Below, piece after piece: positions 47,970 through 57,395 of a stretch of DNA of 64,000 nt. Position 1 is the stretch's first letter; every line of letters starts with the position of its first letter. The notes under the pieces are model-generated. The model was given only the letters and a program-made list of their open reading frames with translations. It had not been told where the DNA came from and searched no databases. The stretch is from Acidimicrobiia bacterium. Its GTDB lineage: Bacteria > Actinomycetota > Acidimicrobiia > Spongiisociales > ZC4RG35. The position numbers were made by a program, and so were the translations under genes. Location of the stretch: contig JANQRA010000002.1 of NCBI GenBank assembly GCA_028284765.1, forward strand, positions 179,832 to 243,831. The letters are read 5' to 3'.

Positions 47970-50900
47970 CTAGGCGACCTGATCCACCTTCACATCCGCC
48001 GACGACATGTCCTTACGTACCGCCTTTGAGGACCCGCCCGGCTCCATCGTCACCCCATAGAGGACGTCTGCGGCCTCCATCGTTTGCTGCTGATGCGTGA
48101 CGATTATCAGCTGAGCTCGATTGCGGAACTCGTCGACAATGCGCAAGAACCGCCTGAGGTTGGCGTCGTCAAGGGCGGCTTCGACCTCGTCGAGCACGTA
48201 GAAGGGTGATGGCCGAGCATCGAAGATGGCAAACAAGAACGCCAGAGCAGCGAGGCTCCTCTCGCCACCGGACAGAAGAGTCATTTGGGAGACCTTCTTC
48301 CCCAGCGGTTGAGCATCGATCAACACACCGGACTCAGGATCGTCCTTGTCAGCGAGACGGACTCTTCCTCGCCCACCCGGGAACAAGACCTGGAAGTACT
48401 TCTCGTAGGCCTCCGAAACTTCGGCGAACGCAGAGTCGAACCGCTCCTGAATCTCGACCTCCAAGGCTGCAATCACCTTACGAAGCTCAGCCCGCGACTC
48501 TTCGACGTCGGCCTTCTGAGCTGCCAGGAAATCGTGCCGTTCTTCGAGCTCTCGGTACTCCTTGGCGGCCAGGGGGTTGATGGGTCCCAGCCGACGAAGC
48601 TGAGTGACCAGAGTCTCCATTGTCTCTTCGAGATCGGCATCCTCAGGAAGCTCGGGTCGAGGGGCCTCCATGGCTGCTTCTACGTCGCCATCCGCATCTC
48701 TTCTGATTGCCTCGACCACGGACTCCCGACGCATACGCAGCTCGGTGAGCTTGATGTCCAGCTCTGCGATCCTTGCTCTGCTCTCGGAGATTCCACTGGT
48801 TCTGGATTCGTGGTCGGAACGCACTGACTCGAGATCGGTCTTGGCCGTGGCAAGCGTCTCCCTCAACTCGCCCTGCCGTTCCCGCAGCTCAACCAGACGG
48901 TTGTCGAGAATCGCCTTCGCCCGTTTGGAGAACCTGACTACTCGTTCGAGACGCACTGGGTCGACATTTGCGGTCGCACCACCTTCGAGACGTTCAATCT
49001 CGGACTTGATGGCGGCCAGCCGGTCGTCGAACAGACGCTTCCTCTCTACTTCGGCGCGGTGGGCGGTGGCCAATTCCTGCCACTCGGAACGGGCCGTCTC
49101 TCGCTCTGCGGCGACCCTGACCCTGCGCGCTTCGAGGTCTTCCCAAACCCGGACTCGCTCTGCTTCTTCCCCTTCGAGAGACCGGAGACGCTCATCGAGA
49201 AGGACAGCTTGTGCCTCGCCCGATTCGATCGATTCGGAGAGAGCAGATCGGCGCTGCGACAGACGCTCTTGCTCTGCGTCCATTGCCGAAACCGAACGTT
49301 CGAGACGTGACATCGCTTCGGTCAATCCGGCAAGGTGCGACTCTGCCATCTCGAGTTGCTCGAGCGCGTGTCGCTCATCGTCTCGACTGCGATCGAAGTC
49401 GCGTTGGGCCGAAGTGTGAATGGAGGATGCTCGGGCGAACTCGGTTGTCGCTCGCTCCAGTGCAACCTCAGCCGACTCCCGCATCGCTGAGCCAGCACCG
49501 TCGGGGTCGGCGATGCTGATTCCGTGAGCTGAAATGACGTCGCCCTCCGGCGTCACAGCTCGGAGTCCTGGGTACCTCGTGACGAGATCCCACCCACTGC
49601 TCCACCCTTCGACAATCGCCACGTTGTCCAAAAACCTCGCCGCCAGAGCCTGGTTGTGATTGGGCCCGAGCCGAGCGATCAGTGGTTCAACGCCTACAAG
49701 CTCATCCATCGAGAAGACAGGCTCCGAGTCAGCTGAAACACCGGTCACCGAGCCGCCGCCGCTGCGCTTCACCGACTCCACGGCGTCGACGAGCGATTCC
49801 GATGATTCGAACGCCACTGCATCGGCCCAGACACCGAGTGCAGCGCTGACAGCTGCCTCCAGGCCTTCGGGGATGTCCAGCTGCGAGGTGACAGTCCCGA
49901 GGGCACCTGACGCTGATTCAACAATCTGTCGGGAGGCGCTGTCGTATCGGCCTTCGATGGCTGCCGCAACTGCGTCGAGACGAGCATCGGAAGTGGCCTT
50001 GGAGATACGTGCTGCTTCGAGCGCTGACTCGGCCTCAGCCCAGGCATCTTGGAGTCGAGTCCGACCCTTCGATTTGTCGTCGTAGGAGGCCTGCAGATCT
50101 CCAATGCTCGAGTCCGCCTGCTTGATTTCACCGTTCAGAGTCTCGATCTGGTTCTTTTCGTCGGCGATGCGTGCGGTCAGGACCTCAAGCCGATGATCGA
50201 TGGTTTCCGTTTCGCGACGATCGCGGATCAACGAGGAGCGAAGCGCACTCAGTTCTCCCCTGGCTGCCGCTACTGCGCCTTCAGGTGACAGCGAGTTTTG
50301 CGTGGCCAAGCCGGTCTCTTCGTCCTCGAGACGGCGGAACCTCGCCTCAGCAGCTTCGACCTCGGCCTGCTTGTTGTCTATCTCAGACTCGATCTCTGCC
50401 AGTCGCGAGCGGATCGACTCTTGCTCCTCGCTGAGATCAGCGCGCCGCTCAACGACGGCTTCCTGTCGACCGCTCAATGCTCTACTTCGTTCGCCAGCAA
50501 TGGATCCGACTCTGAGCAACCGCTCACTTGTCGTCTCGAGCAGTGCGGCAGCCGAAGTGTCCCGGTCGAGCAGCCCGCCGGTTCTGGATACCGCCTGAGA
50601 GAGATCTTCGAGCCGTTCGGCCAGGACTGTCACCCGTTTCGAATCGACCTCGATCCCTTCGGAGAGGATTGACTTCTCAGAAGTTGCAATCGTCAGGTCG
50701 CGATTGATCTCGGCGAGTTGCTTTCCTCCCAAGTACAGCCGCAGCGCTGTGACCTGGGACTTGAGCCCTTCGTACCGCTCCGCAGCCCGGGCCTGACGTT
50801 TCAGTGGCCGCATCTGCCTAGCGATCTCCCCAAGCAAATCCTCCAACCGCAGCATGTCTTCATCGGTTCGCTCGAGCCGTCGTTCAGACCTCTCTTTGCG

Positions 50901-51416
50901 GCGGCGATGCTTGAGAATCCCTGCCGCCTCTTCGACGACGGCCCTGTGCTCCTCCGGCGAAGCGTTGAGAACTCTCCCGATCTCGCCCTGCCCGATGATC
51001 ACGTGCTGATGGCGACCGACGCCTGAGTCGGACAAAAGATCCTGGATGTCGATCAGGCGGCAGCCAACACCGTTGAGTTCATAGTCGGAAGACCCGTCGC
51101 GATACAGACGACGGGTGATAGCGATCTCGTCGAGATCGAGATCCAAACGCCGCTCCGAGTTATCGACCACGAGGGTGGCTTCGGCCTTGCCCAGGGAAGG
51201 TCGAGTCGCCGTCCCGGCAAAAATCACATCCTCCATCCTCTGTGTGCGCAGCGTCTTGGTCGATTGAGTCCCAAGGACCCAGGACAAAGCGTCCACGAGG
51301 TTGGACTTGCCAGACCCGTTAGGACCGACGACCACCGTCACACCGGGGCGGAATTCGAGCCTGGCCCTGTCGGCGAACGACTTGAACCCGGCCAGTTTCA
51401 GAGACTTGAGATACAC
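47970..51416 (-). CDS. smc: Chromosome segregation protein SMC
   Basis: GFKSF, GPNGSGKSN, coiled coils and hinge, LSGGE, LDEVEAALD. Confidence 0.98.
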   Translation of the reverse strand: MYLKSLKLAGFKSFADRARLEFRPGVTVVVGPNGSGKSNLVDALSWVLGTQSTKTLRTQRMEDVIFAGTATRPSLGKAEATLVVDNSERRLDLDLDEIAITRRLYRDGSSDYELNGVGCRLIDIQDLLSDSGVGRHQHVIIGQGEIGRVLNASPEEHRAVVEEAAGILKHRRRKERSERRLERTDEDMLRLEDLLGEIARQMRPLKRQARAAERYEGLKSQVTALRLYLGGKQLAEINRDLTIATSEKSILSEGIEVDSKRVTVLAERLEDLSQAVSRTGGLLDRDTSAAALLETTSERLLRVGSIAGERSRALSGRQEAVVERRADLSEEQESIRSRLAEIESEIDNKQAEVEAAEARFRRLEDEETGLATQNSLSPEGAVAAARGELSALRSSLIRDRRETETIDHRLEVLTARIADEKNQIETLNGEIKQADSSIGDLQASYDDKSKGRTRLQDAWAEAESALEAARISKATSDARLDAVAAAIEGRYDSASRQIVESASGALGTVTSQLDIPEGLEAAVSAALGVWADAVAFESSESLVDAVESVKRSGGGSVTGVSADSEPVFSMDELVGVEPLIARLGPNHNQALAARFLDNVAIVEGWSSGWDLVTRYPGLRAVTPEGDVISAHGISIADPDGAGSAMRESAEVALERATTEFARASSIHTSAQRDFDRSRDDERHALEQLEMAESHLAGLTEAMSRLERSVSAMDAEQERLSQRRSALSESIESGEAQAVLLDERLRSLEGEEAERVRVWEDLEARRVRVAAERETARSEWQELATAHRAEVERKRLFDDRLAAIKSEIERLEGGATANVDPVRLERVVRFSKRAKAILDNRLVELRERQGELRETLATAKTDLESVRSDHESRTSGISESRARIAELDIKLTELRMRRESVVEAIRRDADGDVEAAMEAPRPELPEDADLEETMETLVTQLRRLGPINPLAAKEYRELEERHDFLAAQKADVEESRAELRKVIAALEVEIQERFDSAFAEVSEAYEKYFQVLFPGGRGRVRLADKDDPESGVLIDAQPLGKKVSQMTLLSGGERSLAALAFLFAIFDARPSPFYVLDEVEAALDDANLRRFLRIVDEFRNRAQLIIVTHQQQTMEAADVLYGVTMEPGGSSKAVRKDMSSADVKVDQVA

Positions 51417-51432
51417 AGCTGATTACCTGGCA

Positions 51433-51450
51433 AATGACAACGTTGTAATT
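51433..51450. promoter_or_regulatory. Palindromic operator-like site upstream of smc
   Basis: AATGACAACGTTGTAATT, 16/18 self-complementary, just downstream of a TAGCCT -10 on the minus strand. Confidence 0.5.
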
Positions 51451-51481
51451 GAGCGTTCAGGCTAACGCCGTACAGGTGTAT

Positions 51482-51769
51482 TCAGGTCTTTTCGTCGGGC
51501 TGGATGAAGAAATCGGTCAGCGTGTCGTCCATCGCGATGATCTCGGTTTCAACACCCGTGACGTGTGCCGATGATGAGCCCTGCCACAACCAGTCGATGA
51601 TCTGATTGACGGAGTCGTCAGCGCCCTGCGCATGCACTTCGACCCTGCCATCGCGACGATTGCGTACCCAGCCGACGAGATCGAGGCTTCTGGCCATGCG
51701 TCGACAAGCCTGCCGATAGCCGACCCCCTGCACTTGCCCGGTGACGAATCCATGTACAGCTTTTCTCAA
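51482..51769 (-). CDS. acyP: Acylphosphatase
   Basis: GQVQGVGYR, GWVRN..DG.VE; TTGA overlap with the mutM stop and SD AGGAG. Confidence 0.92.
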   Translation of the reverse strand: MRKAVHGFVTGQVQGVGYRQACRRMARSLDLVGWVRNRRDGRVEVHAQGADDSVNQIIDWLWQGSSSAHVTGVETEIIAMDDTLTDFFIQPDEKT

Positions 51770-52593
51770 GGGCGCTCCTGGCATCGCGGACAGAAGTGCG
51801 TCGATCTGGCTCTGACCACGATGCGCTCGATCGGCACACCGCACTCCTGACACGGCTCCCCTTCCCGGCCATAGACCGCCAAACGGTTGAGATTGTCACC
51901 TGCGCGGCCGTCAGGAAGGAGGTAAGCCAGATCGTCCAGAGTCGTCCCTCCGTTCTCGATAGCAATGGCCAGGACCTGCCTAGTTGACTTGACCATGTCG
52001 GTCACGTGGCCGATCGTCAGGTGCCTCCCAGGGCTCATTGGGTGAATCTTCGACTCGAAGAGCACTTCGTCGGCGTAGATGTTTCCCAGGCCAGAGATGA
52101 TTGTCTGATCGAGTAGCAGCGCCTTGATGGGAGCCGTTCGCCTCTGTAGTGAGCCATGGATAGCTTCAGCGTCGAGCTCTGTCTCCCAGGCGTCAGGACC
52201 TAGTCTGGAAAGGCCCGACCGCCCCAAATCGTCTTCGTCGTAGACCGCCACAAATCCGAAGGTGCGGGGATCGATAAAGGCCACCGAGGTCCGGTCGTCC
52301 AACTCGGCAAGAAAATGGGTATGCGGTTCGGGGTCAGCGTCCACGGCCCAGCGACCCGACATCCCGAGATGAGCGACCACAACTTGCCCGTCATCCAGTG
52401 GGATCCGTAGGAACTTTCCGTGACGCTGAACTGCCACTACTTGCCGCCCCTTCAGCCTCTCCCCTACCTCAGCTGGGGAGGTGTTGTGCCGAGAAGTCCT
52501 AGCGTGCAGCACCTCTACCTTCTCCATTCTGCGACCGGTCAGGACTGCGTCGAGGTGGCGACGAGTGATCTCGACTTCCGGAAGCTCGGGCAT
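51766..52593 (-). CDS. mutM: Formamidopyrimidine-DNA glycosylase
   Basis: MPELPEVE, HLGMSG, GLGNIYADE, C-terminal zinc finger RSTHFCPRCQ. Confidence 0.97.
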   Translation of the reverse strand: MPELPEVEITRRHLDAVLTGRRMEKVEVLHARTSRHNTSPAEVGERLKGRQVVAVQRHGKFLRIPLDDGQVVVAHLGMSGRWAVDADPEPHTHFLAELDDRTSVAFIDPRTFGFVAVYDEDDLGRSGLSRLGPDAWETELDAEAIHGSLQRRTAPIKALLLDQTIISGLGNIYADEVLFESKIHPMSPGRHLTIGHVTDMVKSTRQVLAIAIENGGTTLDDLAYLLPDGRAGDNLNRLAVYGREGEPCQECGVPIERIVVRARSTHFCPRCQERP

Positions 52594-52616
52594 AGCGGTT
52601 TACGGTAACGGCGCTC

Positions 52617-53558
52617 ATGCGCATAACTCCTAGGCCGTTTGGACAGATTCTCGGTGATGCCACCAATGCGCTTGCCCGGGTGTGGAAAGCGGTCTTGATA
52701 CCTGCCCTCATCGTCTCCATTCCCGCAGGGGTCATCACGATTGTGGCTTTTAGTGTCACTGGTGGCGACGAGTTCATGGAGCTCGCCCTCAACAACCCTG
52801 ACTTCTTCGAAACTCTGACGGACGAAGAACTCCTGGAGGTTCTCACCCCGTTCTACATCGCTGCCGGGATAGCCCTCGTAGTGCAGACGATCCTGTCAGT
52901 GATCCTGAACCTCGTCGCGGCCCGCGCTGTTGCTCTCGACATCACAGGAAACAGCACGACCGCTCGTGAGGTGATGGGGCAAGGCCTGAAGCGGACGCCT
53001 CGCGGCTTGGCGGCAGTTCTTGTGATCGGCGTCGGCCTGATCATTCTTTTCACCCTCGGTTTCTTCGTTTGGTCGGTTCCGTTCGTGTCGGTTGGCACCC
53101 CCAACACAGGTTCCGTACTAGTTGCAGCGCTTCTTTTTGTATTGCTGCTGGGGCCCGGGGTGTGGGCGACCATCTCGGTATCGGCGACGGTGGCGGCAAT
53201 CGGGATGGAAGAGGTCGGCGTCATGGACTCGATACAGCGTTCCATCAGGCTCGTGCGCGGGCGGTGGTGGGCGACAGCCGGCTATCTGCTGCTCGTAGGT
53301 CTCTTGGGCGGAATCGCTGTGCAGCTGATCCAGCTCATTGCGTTCCCCTTCGCGGCCGCCGGGTCAGGCGGGATCGCCGTCCTCATCGGGGCATTGCTCG
53401 GAATCGCTGCTCAGGGTGTGATCGTCGTTCTGATAGGCGTCGCGCATGCCCATTGGTACGTGGATCTGCGGGCGCGCCGGGAGGATCTGACTACTGAGGA
53501 CCTGGCAGGAGTCGGCCGAGAGCAACCGCCGCTGCCGCCTGCTCAGCCTCCTTCTTAG
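52617..53558 (+). CDS. Integral membrane protein (GPDPase-membrane-domain/YciC-like)
   Basis: 6 TM segments, SIQRSIRLVRGRWW, YVDLRARRE. Confidence 0.75.
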   Translation: MRITPRPFGQILGDATNALARVWKAVLIPALIVSIPAGVITIVAFSVTGGDEFMELALNNPDFFETLTDEELLEVLTPFYIAAGIALVVQTILSVILNLVAARAVALDITGNSTTAREVMGQGLKRTPRGLAAVLVIGVGLIILFTLGFFVWSVPFVSVGTPNTGSVLVAALLFVLLLGPGVWATISVSATVAAIGMEEVGVMDSIQRSIRLVRGRWWATAGYLLLVGLLGGIAVQLIQLIAFPFAAAGSGGIAVLIGALLGIAAQGVIVVLIGVAHAHWYVDLRARREDLTTEDLAGVGREQPPLPPAQPPS

Positions 53559-54165
53559 ATCGCCCTTCGCCGGTTCCGTGTTCGATTCCCTTCACTGAAA
53601 CCACGGCAGTGAAGCGTCGGTCGTGATCAGGACCTTCCCCTTCAACTACATAGGTCGGTCTGAGACCGTCACGAGCGGTCAGCTCCTGAAGACGCGTTTT
53701 GTAGTCCTTTACTCCTGGCTGCTTGGCACGTTCCGACACTCGGTCCGTCCAGAGAGACAGCACCATCTTGCGCGCTGAGTCGAGGCCTCCATCGAGATAG
53801 ATGGCGCCGATCACTGCCTCAACGGCGTCGCCCAGAATCGATGCCTTCTCGCGACCCCCTGTCGCCACTTCACTCGAGGCGAGCTCGAGGTGCGAGCCGA
53901 GGTCCAACTCCACTGCTATCTCGGCAAGAGTGGGGCGAGACACCACCGCGGCACGAACCTTGGCCATCTGGCCCTCAGCGAGCTGCGGGAATCGGTCGTA
54001 AAGAAGATCAGTCACCACGAGCTGTAGAACTGCGTCGCCCAGGAACTCGAGACGCTCGTTGTCGTTGCGGGCGGGATCCTCTGAGCTGATGGAACGGTGG
54101 GTCAGAGCCAACTTCAGAAGGGCAGGCTGCTCGAATCGATACCCGAGCGCATCCTCAAGACTCAT
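53491..54165 (-). CDS. rnc: Ribonuclease III
   Basis: ALTHRS, NERLEFLGDAVL, DYKTRLQE, dsRBD. Confidence 0.98.
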   Translation of the reverse strand: MSLEDALGYRFEQPALLKLALTHRSISSEDPARNDNERLEFLGDAVLQLVVTDLLYDRFPQLAEGQMAKVRAAVVSRPTLAEIAVELDLGSHLELASSEVATGGREKASILGDAVEAVIGAIYLDGGLDSARKMVLSLWTDRVSERAKQPGVKDYKTRLQELTARDGLRPTYVVEGEGPDHDRRFTAVVSVKGIEHGTGEGRSKKEAEQAAAAVALGRLLPGPQ

Positions 54166-55130
54166 GCGAGAGCTGAGGCCACTCGGCCCGGCAGTTCCTT
54201 CTCCGCACTGTCCTTGGCCATGATCAAGGCGTTGCAGATCGCTTTCCGTGATGAGCTCCCATGCGCGATCAGAACCGAGCCCTTCACCCCGAGCAGCTGG
54301 GCACCGCCATAGGTCTCCCAGTCCATGCGCTCACGCACTGAGGCGAGGGCGGGCATAACTGCTTGTTGAACCTCCGGGGGAAGACTCGAAACGGCCTCGA
54401 GGACATAGCGCGAGATGAGAGCAGCTGTGCCCTCGGTGGTCTTCAAAAACACGTTGCCGGTGAAGCCGTCAGTGACGATCACGTCGACCTTGTCGGTAGC
54501 CACATCCCGGCCTTCGATGTTCCCGACGAATTGCAACTGGCTTGCCTCGAGGAGCTCGTATGACTCCCGTTCGAGGTCACGCCCTTTTCCCTTTTCCTCA
54601 CCGATCGAGAGAAGACCCACCCGAGCCGGATCAGCCCCCAATAGGGCCTCTGCGGCCACCGAACCCATCACCGCGAACTGCAGCAGCTGTGAAGCCTTCA
54701 CGTCCGGGTTGGCCCCCGAATCCAGGACGAGGGTTGGCGAACCGGGCGTGGGAAAGGTGCTGGCGATCGCGGGCCTCGAAACACCTTCGATACGCCCGAT
54801 GATGATTGCTGCGGCTGCCATCGCCGCTCCGGTCGAGCCCGCCGAGACGAATCCGTCGGCCTCTCCCCCGGCCACAAGCTTCGCGGAGACTACGACGGAG
54901 GCGTCGGGCTTTTCCCGTAGCGCTCGCGCAGGATCGTCGCCCATGCCAACGACGTCGGGTGCGTGAACAATTGGAAGAGTTGATTCATGTTTGTCTAGCT
55001 CGGCTTGGAGCTGACTCTCTGCACCCACCAGGGCCACGTCAACGCCCTTCTGGGCGGCGTCGACCGCACCTGCAACCAATTCAGACGGGGCGTGATCTCC
55101 CCCCATCGCGTCTAGGGCGATGCGGGCCAA
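54162..55130 (-). CDS. plsX: Phosphate acyltransferase PlsX
   Basis: DAMGGDHAP, SAGSTGA, RPAIA, DGFTGNVFLK, HGSS. Confidence 0.97.
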   Translation of the reverse strand: MARIALDAMGGDHAPSELVAGAVDAAQKGVDVALVGAESQLQAELDKHESTLPIVHAPDVVGMGDDPARALREKPDASVVVSAKLVAGGEADGFVSAGSTGAAMAAAAIIIGRIEGVSRPAIASTFPTPGSPTLVLDSGANPDVKASQLLQFAVMGSVAAEALLGADPARVGLLSIGEEKGKGRDLERESYELLEASQLQFVGNIEGRDVATDKVDVIVTDGFTGNVFLKTTEGTAALISRYVLEAVSSLPPEVQQAVMPALASVRERMDWETYGGAQLLGVKGSVLIAHGSSSRKAICNALIMAKDSAEKELPGRVASALA

Positions 55131-55133
55131 TGC

Positions 55134-55310
55134 TCAGTTGGTCTCGATGACTTCGCGACCGGCGTAGGTACCGCATTCGCGACAGGCTCGATGCGGAAGC
55201 TTGGGCATACCGCATTGCTCGCAGTCAACCGAGCGCGGTGCCTTGACCTTCCATGCGGCCTTGCGCTGACGGGTACGTGAGCGCGACATCTTCTTCTTGG
55301 GTACCGCCAT
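55134..55310 (-). CDS. rpmF: 50S ribosomal protein L32 (Zn-ribbon form)
   Basis: MAVPKKKMSRSRT, CEQC...HRACRECG.Y. Confidence 0.97.
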   Translation of the reverse strand: MAVPKKKMSRSRTRQRKAAWKVKAPRSVDCEQCGMPKLPHRACRECGTYAGREVIETN

Positions 55311-55332
55311 TTGGGGCACTCCTCCAGGTCAA

Positions 55333-55824
55333 TCAGGAATCGAACAGATCTTTGAGAGCGGCAAATGGAGAGTCGGAATCGTCCCCATGGCCGTCACACG
55401 GAGCACTATTCAAGTCGGTTCCGCACGCTGGGCAAAGTCCCTTGCAGTCGGATTGGCATATCGGGGCCGCGGGAAGGGCCAACGCCAGCTCGTCGATGGC
55501 CGGAGAACCAACATCAACAGCGTTGTCCGAGATGGCGTAGCCATCCTCATCGGCGACCTTGCCGAAGTGCTGACTTCCCTCGACAGTCATCTCGTCCCGC
55601 CATGAAGTGAGACAGCGGACGCAGACCAAATCGACCGGGGCAGCGGCTTCGAACTCCACCTGAACCCCATCGACCGTGCCGGTGACGGTGCCAGACACTC
55701 CAACGTCGCCATTGACTTTGGCGTCGCCCAGCCTCAGCTTGGCCTGACGCGCGCCGTTGAATTTCCGGCTGGCTCCGAGATGTCCGACCAGGTCACCTAT
55801 GTCTATGACCAGGTCGTCACGCAT
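55333..55824 (-). CDS. DUF177/YceD family protein
   Basis: CVRCL, C...CKGLCP.CG.DLN, PFAAL; upstream of rpmF. Confidence 0.92.
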   Translation of the reverse strand: MRDDLVIDIGDLVGHLGASRKFNGARQAKLRLGDAKVNGDVGVSGTVTGTVDGVQVEFEAAAPVDLVCVRCLTSWRDEMTVEGSQHFGKVADEDGYAISDNAVDVGSPAIDELALALPAAPICQSDCKGLCPACGTDLNSAPCDGHGDDSDSPFAALKDLFDS

Positions 55825-56390
55825 CAGATTGGAACTTCAGGCGGCTTAGGGCGCGCCTGATGAAATTCGGCGCGGGCGCCTTGGACCTGTGCTGACAGCT
55901 CGACGAGAAGATGTTCCATCTTCTGCAGCTTCCTATCGACATCGTCTTCGGATTCGAGCCGCAGCCGTCGAGCATCACCTTCCGCCCGACGAACGAGGAT
56001 GTTGGCCTCTTCCACGGCCTCAGCCACGATGTTCGACTCCGAGACCATCGCATCGGCTTCGGTCCGAGCGGCCCCAACGATTTCGCGAGCTTTCTCGTTT
56101 GTCCTCGCTATGAACGCCTCGCGTTCCCGGACCATCCAGCGAGCGGCTCTCAGATCATCGGGAAGGTTCTTCCGCAGGGTCTCGAGCTTGGACAGGAACA
56201 CTTCGCGATCAACAAGAGCGTTCGAAGAGAGAGGCATCATCTTGGCCTCGTGGAGGTGCACGATCAGATCGTCGACGATGTCCAGGATGTCCTCGACCTC
56301 CGGAGGCTGACCCTCCGGATGAATCTCGGTGACGTCAGCTGTGGCGTCGATGACAACCTCAGGCTCGGTGTGGGTGGATTCTGATGTCAT
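55824..56390 (-). CDS. SepIVA/DivIVA-like coiled-coil protein
   Basis: EAK.MPLS, LPDDLRAARW, coiled coil; same coaD-X-DUF177 position as mycobacterial Rv2927c. Confidence 0.75.
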   Translation of the reverse strand: MTSESTHTEPEVVIDATADVTEIHPEGQPPEVEDILDIVDDLIVHLHEAKMMPLSSNALVDREVFLSKLETLRKNLPDDLRAARWMVREREAFIARTNEKAREIVGAARTEADAMVSESNIVAEAVEEANILVRRAEGDARRLRLESEDDVDRKLQKMEHLLVELSAQVQGARAEFHQARPKPPEVPI

Positions 56391-56854
56391 GACAGTTTCT
56401 CCTTCAGTGCTTTTTCAACGACATCGGGGACCAGTCCGCCCACTGACCCTCCTAGTTTGGCGATCTCTTTGACGAGCGAGGACGAGATGTATGCGAGCTC
56501 GGGCTTCGTCGGGAGAAAAACTGTCTCCATGCCACTCAGATGGCGATTCATCTGTGCCATCTGCAGCTCGTATTCGTAGTCCTCGACCGTTCGTAGGCCT
56601 TTCACGACCGTGTCGGCGCCCTGCTCGGTGACATGATCGACGATCAGCCCGCTGAACCTCGTCACATCAACCCGATCACCGTAGATCTCAGACCAAAGAG
56701 CGACCCGTTCCTCAGCGGTGAACATTGCGTCCTTCGACGGATTGTCGATCACGGCGACGATCACGCGATCGAAGAGGCTCAACGCCCGATCGATCACGTC
56801 GATGTGACCGCTCGTAGGCGGGTCAAAACTCCCGGGACAGAGTGCCGTCGTCAT
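56387..56854 (-). CDS. coaD: Phosphopantetheine adenylyltransferase
   Basis: MTTALCPGSFDP.T.GH, KGLR...DYEYE, ISSSLVKE. Confidence 0.97.
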   Translation of the reverse strand: MTTALCPGSFDPPTSGHIDVIDRALSLFDRVIVAVIDNPSKDAMFTAEERVALWSEIYGDRVDVTRFSGLIVDHVTEQGADTVVKGLRTVEDYEYELQMAQMNRHLSGMETVFLPTKPELAYISSSLVKEIAKLGGSVGGLVPDVVEKALKEKLS

Positions 56855-57395
56855 CGTCGTCAACCTTTTCGTATCTGATGATTCTGGTATCCCCGTAGCG
56901 CTTATTCGCGGCAACTCGCCAGGTTTCGGGGGTGTTTGGCTCTTGATCAGAAGCTCGTCGTGACGTAACGACCAAGGCGCCTGGTGCAAGCATCCGATCA
57001 AGAGCGGCCAGGCTTTCATCCAGATCTGCGGTCGGCAGGGGCCATGGAGGATCGATGAACACCAAGTCAAACTCCACATCGGCCGTTGCGAGGTATGCGC
57101 TGACGGATCTCGCAACCACCTCTCCTCCGATGCCAATCTCCGAAACGTTGGATTTGAGCGCGCTCAACGCCTTGCGACCATTTTCGACAAAGACAGCACT
57201 TGCGGCGCCGCGCGAGAGCGCCTCCAGACCGAAGGACCCGGTGCCTGCGTACAGATCCGCAACCCGGGTCTCCTTGACCCGGCTCCCGAGGCTCGAAAAC
57301 ACGGCTTCACGTACCCGGTCTGTCGCCGGTCGGGTGGCCATCGTGTCCGGCGTCTTCAAGCGGCGACCGCCTGCCTTGCCTGCGATTATCCGCAT
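56823..57395 (-). CDS. rsmD: 16S rRNA m2G966 methyltransferase
   Basis: MRIIAG, TRP.TDRVRE, DLYAGTG, EALSRGA, DPPW. Confidence 0.95.
   Translation of the reverse strand: MRIIAGKAGGRRLKTPDTMATRPATDRVREAVFSSLGSRVKETRVADLYAGTGSFGLEALSRGAASAVFVENGRKALSALKSNVSEIGIGGEVVARSVSAYLATADVEFDLVFIDPPWPLPTADLDESLAALDRMLAPGALVVTSRRASDQEPNTPETWRVAANKRYGDTRIIRYEKVDDDDDGTLSREF

Noticed and set aside
51710..51720. GCCGATAG sigma-28-like hit (a similar one lies at 5-12)
   Set aside because: Inside coding sequence, antisense, with no downstream gene.
56855..57136. Extended CoaD N-terminus
   Set aside because: Alternate frame within rsmD; CoaD homology starts at 56854.
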